Positions 12,201 to 24,500 of a stretch of DNA of 64,000 nt are shown one piece after another (the stretch's first letter is position 1; the number at the start of each line of letters is the position of its first letter). A program made the translations under genes and the position numbers. The notes beneath the pieces were generated by a model. The model was not told the origin of the DNA and searched no databases. It was given only the letters and a program-made list of their open reading frames with translations. Source of the stretch: Antedon mediterranea (lineage: Eukaryota > Animalia > Echinodermata); the NCBI RefSeq assembly GCF_964355755.1, contig NC_092676.1, forward strand, positions 12,758,771-12,822,770, given 5' to 3'.

Positions 12201-15200
12201 TCACATTTAAAACCGTTTTAGAGCGTTTTGAGCATTTCGATAAACTTTTCAAACAAAAACATCAAAGTGTACAAAATAGCTTCAAATCGTATTTGGAGAC
12301 GTTTTAGACCATTTTGTGCGTTTCGATGAATCTTGGTTACACAAAAACATCAAAGTGCTTAAAATCACATTTAAAACCGTTTTAGTGCATTTTGAGCATT
12401 TCGATAAAACTTTTCACACAAAAACATCAAAGTGCACAAAATAGCTTCAAATCGCATTTAGAGAGGTTTTAGACCATTTTGTGCATTTCGATAAAACTTT
12501 TCACACAAAAACATCAAAGTGTACAAAATAACTTCAAATCGTATTTAGAGACGTTTTAGACCATTTTGTGCATTTTGATAAAACTTTTCACACAAAAACA
12601 TCAAATTGCACAAAATAGCTTAATATCGTGTTTGAAAACGTTTTAAACCATTTTGAGCATGTCGATAAAACTTTTCACTCAAAAATATCAAAGTGCACAG
12701 AATATCTTCAAATCGCATTTAGAGACGTTTTAGACCATTTTGTGCATTTTGAAAAAATTTGTTAACATAAAAAGACCAAAGTGTTTAGAATATCTCCAAA
12801 TCGCATTTGGAGACGTTTTAGACCATTTTGTGTTTTTCGAAAAAACTTTTCACACAAAAACATCAAAGTGTACAAAATTGCTTCAAATCGCATTTGGAGA
12901 CGTTTTAGACCATTTTGTGCATTTTGGTAAAACTTTTCACACAAAAACATCAAAATTCACAAAATAGCTTAATATCGTGTTTGAAAACGTTTTAAACCAT
13001 TTTGAGCATGTCGATAAAACTTTTCACTCAAAAATATCAAAGTGCACAGAATATCTTCAAATCGCATTTAGAGACGTTTTAGACCATTTTGTGCATTTCG
13101 AAAAAAATTGTTAACATAAAAAGACCAAAGTGTTTAGAATATCTCCAAATCGCATTTGGAGACGTTTTAGACCATTTTGCGCATTTCGATGAAACTTGGT
13201 TACACAAAAACATCAAAGTGCTTAAAATCACATTTAAAACCGTTTTAGAGCGTTTTGAGCATTTCGATAAACTTTTCAAACAAAAACATCAAAGTGTACA
13301 AAATAGCTTCAAATCGTATTTGGAGACGTTTTAGACCATTTTGTGCGTTTCGATGAATCTTGGTTACACAAAAACATCAAAGTGCTTAAAATCACATTTA
13401 AAACCGTTTTAGTGCATTTTGAGCATTTCGATAAAACTTTTCACACAAAAACATCAAAGTGCACAAAATAGCTTCAAATCGCATTTAGAGATGTTTTAGA
13501 CCATTTTGTGCGTTTCGATAAAACTTTTCACACAAAAACATCAAATTGCACAAAATAGCTTAATATCGTGTTTGAAAACGTTTTAGACCATTTTGAGCAT
13601 GTCGATAAAACTTTTCACACAAAAACATAAAAGTGCACAAAATAGCTTCAAATCGCATTTAGAGATGTTTTAGACCATTTTGTGCATTTCGATAAAACTT
13701 TTCACACAAAAACATCAAATTGCACAAAATAGCTTAATACCGTGTTTGAAATCGTTTTAAACCATTTTGAGCATGTCGATAAAACTTTTCACAAAAAAAC
13801 ATCAAAGTGCACAGAATAGCTTCAAATCGCATTTGGAGACGTTTTAAACCATTTTGTGCATTTCGATAAAACTTTTCACATAAAAACATCAAAGTGTCCA
13901 AAATAGCTTCAAATCGCATTTAGAGACGTTTTAGACCATTTTGGGCATTTATAAAAGTGCTTAAAATCACATTTCAAACCGTTTTAGAGCATTTTGAGCA
14001 TTTCGATAAAACTTTTCACACAAAAACATCAAAGTGCACAAAATAGCTTCAAATCGCATTTAGAGATGTTTTAGACCATTTTGTGCAATTCGATAAAACT
14101 TTTCACACAAAAACATCAAAGTGCACAAAATAGCTTCAAATCGCATTTAGAGATGTTTTAGACCATTTTGTGCATTTCGATAAAACTTTTCACACAAAAA
14201 CATAAAAGTGAACAGAATAGCTTCAAATTGCATTTGGAGACGTTTTAGAGCATTTTGTGCATTTCGATAAAATGTGTTAACATAAAAAGACCAAAGTGTT
14301 TAGAATATCTTCAAATCACATTTGGAGACGTTTTAGACCATTTTTGGCATTTCGATGAAACTTGGTTACACAAAAACATCAAAGTGCTTAAAATCACATT
14401 TAAAACCGTTTTAGAGCATTTTGAGCATTTCGATAAAACTTTTCACACAAAAACATCAAAGTGTACAAAATAGCTTCAAATCGCATTTAGAGAGGTTTTA
14501 GACCATTTTGTGCATTTCGATAAAACTTTTCACACAAAAACATCAAAGTGTACAAAATAACTTCAAATCGTATTTAGAGACGTTTTAGACCATTTTGTGC
14601 ATTTTGATAAAACTTTTCACACAAAAACATCAAATTGCACAAAATAGCTTAATATCGTGTTTGAAAACGTTTTAAACCATTTTGAGCATGTCGATAAAAC
14701 TTTTCACACAAAAATATCAAAGTGCACAGAATATCTTCAAATCGCATTTAGAGACGTTTTAGACCATTTTGTGCATTTCGAAAAAATTTGTTAACATAAA
14801 AAGACCAAAGTGTTTAGAATATCTCCAAATCGCATTTGGAGACGTTTTAGACCATTTTGTGTTTTTCGAAAAACTTTTCACACAAAAACATCAAAGTGTA
14901 GAAAATTGCTTCAAATCGCATTTAGAGACGTTTTAGACCATTTTGTGCATTTCGAAAAAACTTTTTAAAATAAAAACACCAAAGTGCTTTGAATAGCTTC
15001 AAATCGCATTTGGAGACGTTTTAGACCATTTTGTGCATTTCGATGAAACTTGGTTACACAAAAACATCAAAGTGCTTAAAATCACATTTGAAACCGTTTT
15101 AGAGCATTTTGAGCATTTCGATAAAACTTTTCACACAAAAACATCAAAGTGTACAAAATAGCTTCAAATCACATTTGAAACCGTTTTAGACTATTTTGAG

Positions 15201-17620
15201 CATTTCGATAAAACTTTTCACACAAAAACATCAAAGTGTACAAAATAGCTTCAAATCGCATTTGGAGACGTTTTAGACCATTTTGTGCATTTCGATGAAA
15301 CTTGGTTACACAAAAACATCAAAGTGCTTAAAATTACATTTGAAAGCGTTTTAGAGCATTTTGAGCATTTCGATAATACTTTTCACACAAAAACATCAAA
15401 GTGTACAAAATAGCTTCAAATCGCATTTGGAGATGTTTTAGACCATTTTGTGCATTTCGATGAAACTTGGTTACACAAAAACATCAAAGTGCTTAAAATC
15501 ACATTTGAAACCGTTTTAGACCATTTTGAGCGTGTCGATAAAACTTTTCACACATAAAAATCAGAGTGCACTAAATAGCTTCAAATCGCATTTGGAGACG
15601 TTTTAGACCATTTTGTGCATATCGATGAAACTTGGTTACACAAAAACATCAAAGTGCTTAAAATCACATTTGAAATCGTTTTAGACCATTTTGAGCGTTT
15701 CGATAAAACTTTTCACACAAAAAAATCAAAGTGCACAAAATAGCTTCAAATCGCATTTGGAGACGTTTTAGACTATTTTGTGCATTTCGAAAAAATTTGT
15801 TAACATAAAAAGACCAAAGTGTTTAGAATATCTCCAAATCGCATTTGGAGACGTTTTAAACCATTTTGTGCATTTCGATGGAACTTGGTTACACAAAAAC
15901 ATCAAAGTGCTTAAAATCACATTTAAAACCGTTTTAGAGCATTTTGAGCATTTCGATAAAACTTTTCACACAAAAACATCAAAGTGTACAAAATAGCTTC
16001 AAATCGCATTTAGAGAGGTTTTAGACCATTTTGTGCATTTCGATAAAACTTTTCAAACAAAAACATCAAAGTGTACAAAATAGCTTCAAATCGCATTTAG
16101 AGACGTTTTAGACCATTTTGTGCATTTCGATAAAACTTTTCACACAAAAACATCAAATTGCACAAAATAGCTTAATATCGTGTTTAAAACCGTTTTTACC
16201 ATTTTGAGCATTTCGATAAACTTTTCACACAAAAACATCAAAGTGCACAAAATAGCTTCAAATCGCATTTAGAGATGTTTTAGAACATTTTGTGCATTTC
16301 GATAAAATTTTTCACACAAAAACATCAAATTGCACAAAAAAGCTTAATACCGTGTTTGAAATCGTTTTAAACCAATTTGAGCATGTCGATAAAACTTTTC
16401 ACACAAAAACATCAAAGTGCACAGAATATCTTCAAATCGCATTTAGAGACGTTTTAGACCATTTTGGGCATTTCGATGAAACTTGGTTACACAAATACAT
16501 AAAAGTGCTTAAAATCACATTTAAAACCGTTTTAGAGCATTTTGAGCATTTCGATAAAACTTTTCACACAAAAACATCAAAGTGTACAAAATAGCTTCAA
16601 ATCGCATTTAGAGAGGTTTTAGACCATTTTGTGCATTTCGATAAAACTTTTCACACAAAAACATCAAAGTGTACAAAATAACTTCAAATCGTATTTAGAG
16701 ACGTTTTAGACCATTTTGTGCATTTTGATAAAACTTTTCACACAAAAACATCAAATTGCACAAAATAGCTTAATATCGTGTTTGAAAACGTTTTAAACCA
16801 TTTTGAGCATGTCGATAAAACTTTTCACACAAAAACATCAAATTGCACAAAATAGCTTAATATCGTGTTTGAAAACGTTTTAAACCATTTTGAGCATGTC
16901 GATAAAACTTTTCACACAAAAATATCAAAGTGCACAGAATATCTTCAAATCGCATTTAGAGACGTTTTAGACCATTTTGTGCATTTCGAAAAAATTTGTT
17001 AACATAAAAAGACCAAAGTGTTTAGAATATCTCCAAATCGCATTTCGAGACGTTTTAGACCATTTTGTGTTTTTCGAAAAAACTTTTCACACAAAAACAT
17101 CAAAGTGTACAAAATTGCTTCAAATCGCATTTGGAGACGTTTTAGACCATTTTGTGATTTTCGAAAAACTTTTCACACAAAAACATCAAAGTGTAGAAAA
17201 TTGCTTCAAATCGCATTTAGAGACGTTTTAGACCATTTTGTGCATTTCGAAAAAATTTGTTAACATAAAAAGACCAAAGTGTTTAGAATATTTCCAAATC
17301 GCATTTGGAGACGTTTTAGACCATTTTGTGCATTTCGATGAAACTTGGTTACACAAAAACATCAAAGTGCTTAAAATCACATTTAAAACCGTTTTAGAGC
17401 GTTTTGAGCATTTCGATAAACTTTTCACACAAAAACATCAAAGTGCACAAAATAGCATTTAGAGATGTTTTAGACCATTTTGTGCATTTCGATAAAACTT
17501 TTCACACAAAAACATCAAATTGCACAAAAAAGCTTAATACCGTGTTTGAAATCGTTTTAAACCAATTTGAGCATGTCGATAAAACTTTTCACACAAAAAC
17601 ATCAAAGTGCACAGAATATC
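9299..17620 (+). repeat. ~7.3-kb HOR copy 2, with a 4-bp deletion and a 1027-bp internal duplication (8322 bp)
   Basis: The offset to copy 1 is 7299, then 7295 after the deletion at ~11311, then 8322 (5412/13734, 5933/14255, 7456/15778, 8655/16977, 9332/17654). Confidence 0.9.
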
Positions 17621-18206
17621 TTCAAATCGCATTTAGAGACGTTTTAGACCATTTTGTGCATTTCGAAAAAATTTGTTAACATAAAAAGACCAAAGTGTTT
17701 AGAATATCTCCAAATCGCATTTGGAGACGTTTTAGACCATTTTGTGCATTTCGATGAAACTTGGTTACACAAAAACATCAAAGTGCTTAAAATCACATTT
17801 GAAACCGTTTTAGAGAATTTTGAGCATTTCGATAAAACTTTTCACACAAAAACATCAAAGTGTACAAAATAGCTTCAAATCACATTTGAAACCGTTTTAG
17901 ACCATTTTGAGCATTTCGATAAAACTTTTCACACAAAAACATCAAAGTGTACAAAATAGCTTCAAATCGCATTTGGAGACGTTTTAGACCATTTTGTGCA
18001 TTTCGATGAAACTTGGTTACACAAAAACATCAAAGTGCTTAAAATCACATTTGAAATCGTTTTAGACCATTTTGAGCATTTCGATAAAACTTTTCACACA
18101 AAAAAATCAAAGTGCACGAAATAGCTTCAAATCGCATTTGGAGACGTTTTAGACTATTTTGTGCATTTCGAAAAAATTTGTTAACATAAAAAGACCAAAG
18201 TGTTTA

Positions 18207-21200
18207 GAATAGCTTCAAATCGCATTTGGAGACGTTTTAGACCATTTTGTGCATTTCGATGAAACTTGGTTACACAAAAACATCAAAGTGCTTAAAATCA
18301 CATTTGAAACCGTTTTAGAGCATTTTGAGCATTTCGATAAAACTTTTCACACAAAAACATCAAAGTGTACAAAATAGCTTCAAATCACATTTGAAACCGT
18401 TTTAGACTATTTTGAGCATTTCGATAAAACTTTTCACACAAAAACATCAAAGTGTACAAAATAGCTTCAAATCGCATTTGGAGACGTTTTAGACCATTTT
18501 GTGCATTTCGATGAAACTTGGTTACACAAAAACATCAAAGTGCTTAAAATTACATTTGAAAGCGTTTTAGAGCATTTTGAGCATTTCGATAATACTTTTC
18601 ACACAAAAACATCAAAGTGTACAAAATAGCTTCAAATCGCATTTGGAGACGTTTTAGACCATTTTGTGCATTTCGATGAAACTTGGTTACACAAAAACAT
18701 CAAAGTGCTTAAAATCACATTTGAAACCGTTTTAGACCATTTTGAGCGTGTCGATAAAACTTTTCACACAAAAAAATCAGAGTGCACTAAATAGCTTCAA
18801 ATCGCATTTGGAGACGTTTTAGACCATTTTGTGCATATCGATGAAACTTGGTTACACAAAAACATCAAAGTGCTTAAAATCACATTTGAAATCGTTTTAG
18901 ACCATTTTGAGCGTTTCGATAAAACTTTTCACACAAAAAAATCAGAGTGCACAAAATAGCTTCAAATCGCATTTGGAGACGTTTTAGACTATTTTGTGCA
19001 TTTCGAAAAAATTTGTTAACATAAAAAGACCAAAGTGTTTAGAATATCTCCAAATCGCATTTGGAGACGTTTTAAACCATTTTGTGCATTTCGATAAAAC
19101 TTTTCACACAAAAACATCAAATTGCACAAAATAGCTTAATATCGTGTTTAAAACCGTTTTTACCATTTTGAGCATTTCGATAAACTTTTCACACAAAAAC
19201 ATCAAAGTGCACAAAATAGCTTCAAATCGCATTTAGAGATGTTTTAGAACATTTTGTGCATTTCGATAAAATTTTTCACACAAAAACATCAAATTGCACA
19301 AAAAAGCTTAATACCGTGTTTGAAATCGTTTTAAACCAATTTGAGCATGTCGATAAAACTTTTCACACAAAAACATCAAAGTGCACAGAATATCTTCAAA
19401 TCGCATTTAGAGACGTTTTAGACCATTTTGGGCATTTCGATGAAACTTGGTTACACAAATACATAAAAGTGCTTAAAATCACATTTAAAACCGTTTTAGA
19501 GCATTTTGAGCATTTCGATAAAACTTTTCACACAAAAACATCAAAGTGTACAAAATAGCTTCAAATCGCATTTAGAGAGGTTTTAGACCATTTTGTGCAT
19601 TTCGATAAAACTTTTCACACAAAAACATCAAAGTGTACAAAATAACTTCAAATCGTATTTAGAGACGTTTTAGACCATTTTGTGCATTTTGATAAAACTT
19701 TTCACACAAAAACATCAAATTGCACAAAATAGCTTAATATCGTGTTTGAAAACGTTTTAAACCATTTTGAGCATGTCGATAAAACTTTTCACACAAAAAC
19801 ATCAAATTGCACAAAATAGCTTAATATCGTGTTTGAAAACGTTTTAAACCATTTTGAGCATGTCGATAAAACTTTTCACACAAAAATATCAAAGTGCACA
19901 GAATATCTTCAAATCGCATTTAGAGACGTTTTAGACCATTTTGTGCATTTCGAAAAAATTTGTTAACATAAAAAGACCAAAGTGTTTAGAATATCTCCAA
20001 ATCGCATTTGGAGACGTTTTAGACCATTTTGTGTTTTTCGAAAAAACTTTTCACACAAAAACATCAAAGTGTACAAAATTGCTTCAAATCGCATTTGGAG
20101 ACGTTTTAGACCATTTTGTGATTTTCGAAAAACTTTTCACACAAAAACATCAAAGTGTAGAAAATTGCTTCAAATCGCATTTAGAGACGTTTTAGACCAT
20201 TTTGTGCATTTCGAAAAAATTTGTTAACATAAAAAGACCAAAGTGTTTAGAATATTTCCAAATCGCATTTGGAGACGTTTTAGACCATTTTGTGCATTTC
20301 GATGAAACTTGGTTACACAAAAACATCAAAGTGCTTAAAATCACATTTAAAACCGTTTTAGAGCGTTTTGAGCATTTCGATAAACTTTTCACACAAAAAC
20401 ATCAAAGTGCACAAAATAGCATTTAGAGATGTTTTAGACCATTTTGTGCATTTCGATAAAACTTTTCACACAAAAACATCAAATTGCACAAAAAAGCTTA
20501 ATACCGTGTTTGAAATCGTTTTAAACCAATTTGAGCATGTCGATAAAACTTTTCACACAAAAACATCAAAGTGCACAGAATATCTTCAAATCGCATTTAG
20601 AGACGTTTTAGACCATTTTGTGCATTTCGAAAAAATTTGTTAACATAAAAAGACCAAAGTGTTTAGAATATCTCCAAATCGCATTTGGAGACGTTTTAGA
20701 CCATTTTGTGCATTTCGATGAAACTTGGTTACACAAAAACATCAAAGTGCTTAAAATCACATTTAAAACCGTTTTAGAGCGTTTTGAGCATTTCGATAAA
20801 CTTTTCACACAAAAACATCAAAGTGCACAAAATAGCATTTAGAGATGTTTTAGACCATTTTGTGCATTTCGATAAAACTTTTCACACAAAAACATCAAAT
20901 TGCACAAAAAAGCTTAATACCGTGTTTGAAATCGTTTTAAACCAATTTGAGCATGTCGATAAAACTTTTCACACAAAAACATCAAAGTGCACAGAATATC
21001 TTCAAATCGCATTTAGAGACGTTTTAGACCATTTTGTGCATTTCGAAAAAATTTGTTAACATAAAAAGACCAAAGTGTTTAGAATATCTCCAAATCGCAT
21101 TTGGAGACGTTTTAGACCATTTTGTGCATTTCGATGAAACTTGGTTACACAAAAACATCAAAGTGCTTAAAATCACATTTGAAACCGTTTTAGAGAATTT

Positions 21201-21500
21201 TGAGCATTTCGATAAAACTTTTCACACAAAAACATCAAAGTGTACAAAATAGCTTCAAATCACATTTGAAACCGTTTTAGACCATTTTGAGCATTTCGAT
21301 AAAACTTTTCACACAAAAACATCAAAGTGTACAAAATAGCTTCAAATCGCATTTGGAGACGTTTTAGACCATTTTGTGCATTTCGATGAAACTTGGTTAC
21401 ACAAAAACATCAAAGTGCTTAAAATCACATTTGAAATCGTTTTAGACCATTTTGAGCATTTCGATAAAACTTTTCACACAAAAAAATCAAAGTGCACAAA
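18207..21500 (+). repeat. Partial re-copy of the distal HOR half (~3.3 kb) with a 252-bp deletion and a 416-bp duplication
   Basis: The offset to copy 2 is 3216 at the junction (14991/18207), 2964 after ~19090 (16292/19256, 16977/19941) and 3380 after the 416-bp repeat (17654/21034). Confidence 0.8.
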
Positions 21501-24500
21501 ATAGCTTCAAATCGCATTTGGAGACGTTTTAGACTATTTTGTGCATTTCGAAAAAATTTGTTAACATAAAAAGACCAAAGTGTTTAGAATATCTCCAAAT
21601 CGCATTTGGAGACGTTTTAAACCATTTTGTGCATTTCGATGGAACTTGGTTACACAAAAACATCAAAGTGCTTAAAATCACATTTAAAACCGTTTTAGAG
21701 CATTTTGAGCATTTCGATCAAACTTTTCACACAAAAACATCAAAGTGTACAAAATAACTTCAAATCGCATTTAGAGACGTTTTAGACCATTTTGTGCATT
21801 TTGGTAAAACTTTTCACACAAAAACATCAAATTGCACAAAATAGCTTAATATCGTGTTTGAAAACGTTTTAAACCATTTTGAGCATGTCGATAAAACTTT
21901 TCACATAAAAATATCAAAGTGCACAGAATAGCTTCAAATCGCATTTGGAGACGTTTTAGACAATTTTGTGCATTTTGGTAAAACTTTTCACACAAAAACA
22001 TCAAATTGCACAAAATAGCTTAATATCGTGTTTGAAAACGTTTTAAACCATTTTGAGCATGTCGATAAAACTTTTCACTCAAAAATATCAAAGTGCACAG
22101 AATATCTTCAAATCGCATTTAGAGACGTTTTAGACCATTTTGTGCATTTTGAAAAAATTTGTTAACATAAAAAGACCAAAGTGTTTAGAATATCTCCAAA
22201 TCGCATTTGGAGACGTTTTAGACCATTTTGTGTTTTTCGAAAAAACTTTTCACACAAAAACATCAAAGTGTACAAAATTGCTTCAAATCGCATTTGGAGA
22301 CGTTTTAGACCATTTTGTGCATTTTGGTAAAACTTTTCACACAAAAACATCAAAATTCACAAAATAGCTTAATATCGTGTTTGAAAACGTTTTAAACCAT
22401 TTTTAGCATGTCGATAAAACTTTTCACTCAAAAATATCAAAGTGCACAGAATATCTTCAAATCGCATTTAGAGACGTTTTAGACCATTTTGTGCATTTCG
22501 AAAAAAATTGTTAACATAAAAAGACCAAAGTGTTTAGAATATCTCCAAATCGCATTTGGAGACGTTTTAGACCATTTTGCGCATTTCGATAAAACTTGGT
22601 TACACAAAAACATCAAAGTGCTTAAAATCACATTTAAAACCGTTTTAGAGCGTTTTGAGCATTTCGATAAACTTTTCAAACAAAAACATCAAAGTGTACA
22701 AAATAGCTTCAAATCGTATTTGGAGACGTTTTAGACCATTTTGTGCGTTTCGATGAATCTTGGTTACACAAAAACATCAAAGTGCTTAAAATCACATTTA
22801 AAACCGTTTTAGTGCATTTTGAGCATTTCGATAAAACTTTTCACACAAAAACATCAAAGTGCACAAAATAGCTTCAAATCGCATTTAGAGATGTTTTAGA
22901 CCATTTTGTGCGTTTCGATAAAACTTTTCACACAAAAACATCAAATTGCACAAAATAGCTTAATATCGTGTTTGAAAACGTTTTAGACCATTTTGAGCAT
23001 GTCGATAAAACTTTTCACACAAAAACATAAAAGTGCACAAAATAGCTTCAAATCGCATTTAGAGATGTTTTAGACCATTTTGTGCGTTTCGATAAAACTT
23101 TTCACACAAAAACATCAAATTGCACAAAATAGCTTAATATCGTGTTTGAAAACGTTTTAGACCATTTTGAGCATGTCGATAAAACTTTTCACACAAAAAC
23201 ATAAAAGTGCACAGAATAGCTTCAAATCGCATTTGGAGACGTTTTAGACCATTTTGTGCATTTCGAAAAAACTTTTTAACATAAAAACACCAAAGTGCTT
23301 AGAATAGCTTCAAATCGCATTTGGATACGTTTTAGACCATTTTGTGCATTTCGATGAAACTTGGTTACACAAAAACATCAAAGTGCTTAAAATCACATTT
23401 GAAACCGTTATAGAGCATTTTTAGCATTTCGATAAAACTTTTCACACAAAAACATCAAAGTGTACAAAATAGCTTCAAATCACATTTGAAACCGTTTTAG
23501 ACCATTTTGAGCATTTCGATAAAACTTTTCACACAAAAACATCAAAGTGTACAGAATAGCTTCAAATCGCATTTGGAGACGTTTTAGACCATTTTGTGCA
23601 TTTCGATGAAACTTGGTTACACAAAAACATCAAAGTGCTTAAAATCACATTTGAAACCGTTTTAGAGCATTTTTAACATTTCGATAATACTTTTCACACA
23701 AAAACATCAAAGTGTACAAAATAGCTTCAAATCACATTTGAAACCGTTTTAGACCATATTGAGCATTTCGATAAAACTTTTCACACAAAAACATCAAAGT
23801 GTACAAAATAGCTTCAAATCGCATTTGGAGACGTTTTAGACCATTTTGTGCATTTCGATGAAACTTGGTTACACAAAAACATCAAAGTGCTTAAAATCAC
23901 ATTTGAAAGCGTTTTAGAGCATTTTTAGCATTTCGATAATACTTTTCACACAAAAACATCAAAGTGCACAAAATAGCTTCAAATCGCATTTAGAGATGTT
24001 TTAGACCATTTTGTGCATTTCGATAAAACTTTTCACACAAAAACATCAAATTGCACAAAATAGCTTAATACCGTGTTTGAAATCATTTTAAACCATTTTG
24101 AGCATGTCGATAAAACTTTTCACACAAAAACATCAAAGTGTTTAGAATATCTCCAAATCGCATTTGGAGACGTTTTAGACCATTTTGTGCATTTCGATGA
24201 AACTTGGTTACACAAAAACATCAAAGTGCTTAAAATCACATTTGAAACCGTTTTAGAGCATTTTGAGCATTTCGATAAAACTTTTCAAACAAAAACATCA
24301 AAGTGTACAAAATAGCTTCAAATCACATTTGAAACCGTTTTAGACCATTTTGAGCATTTCGATAAAACTTTTCACACAAAAACATCAAAGTGTACAAAAT
24401 AGCTTCAAATCGCATTTGGAGACGTTTTAGACCATTTTGTGCATTTCGATGAAACTTGGTTACACAAAAACATCAAAGTGCTTAAAATCACATTTGAAAC

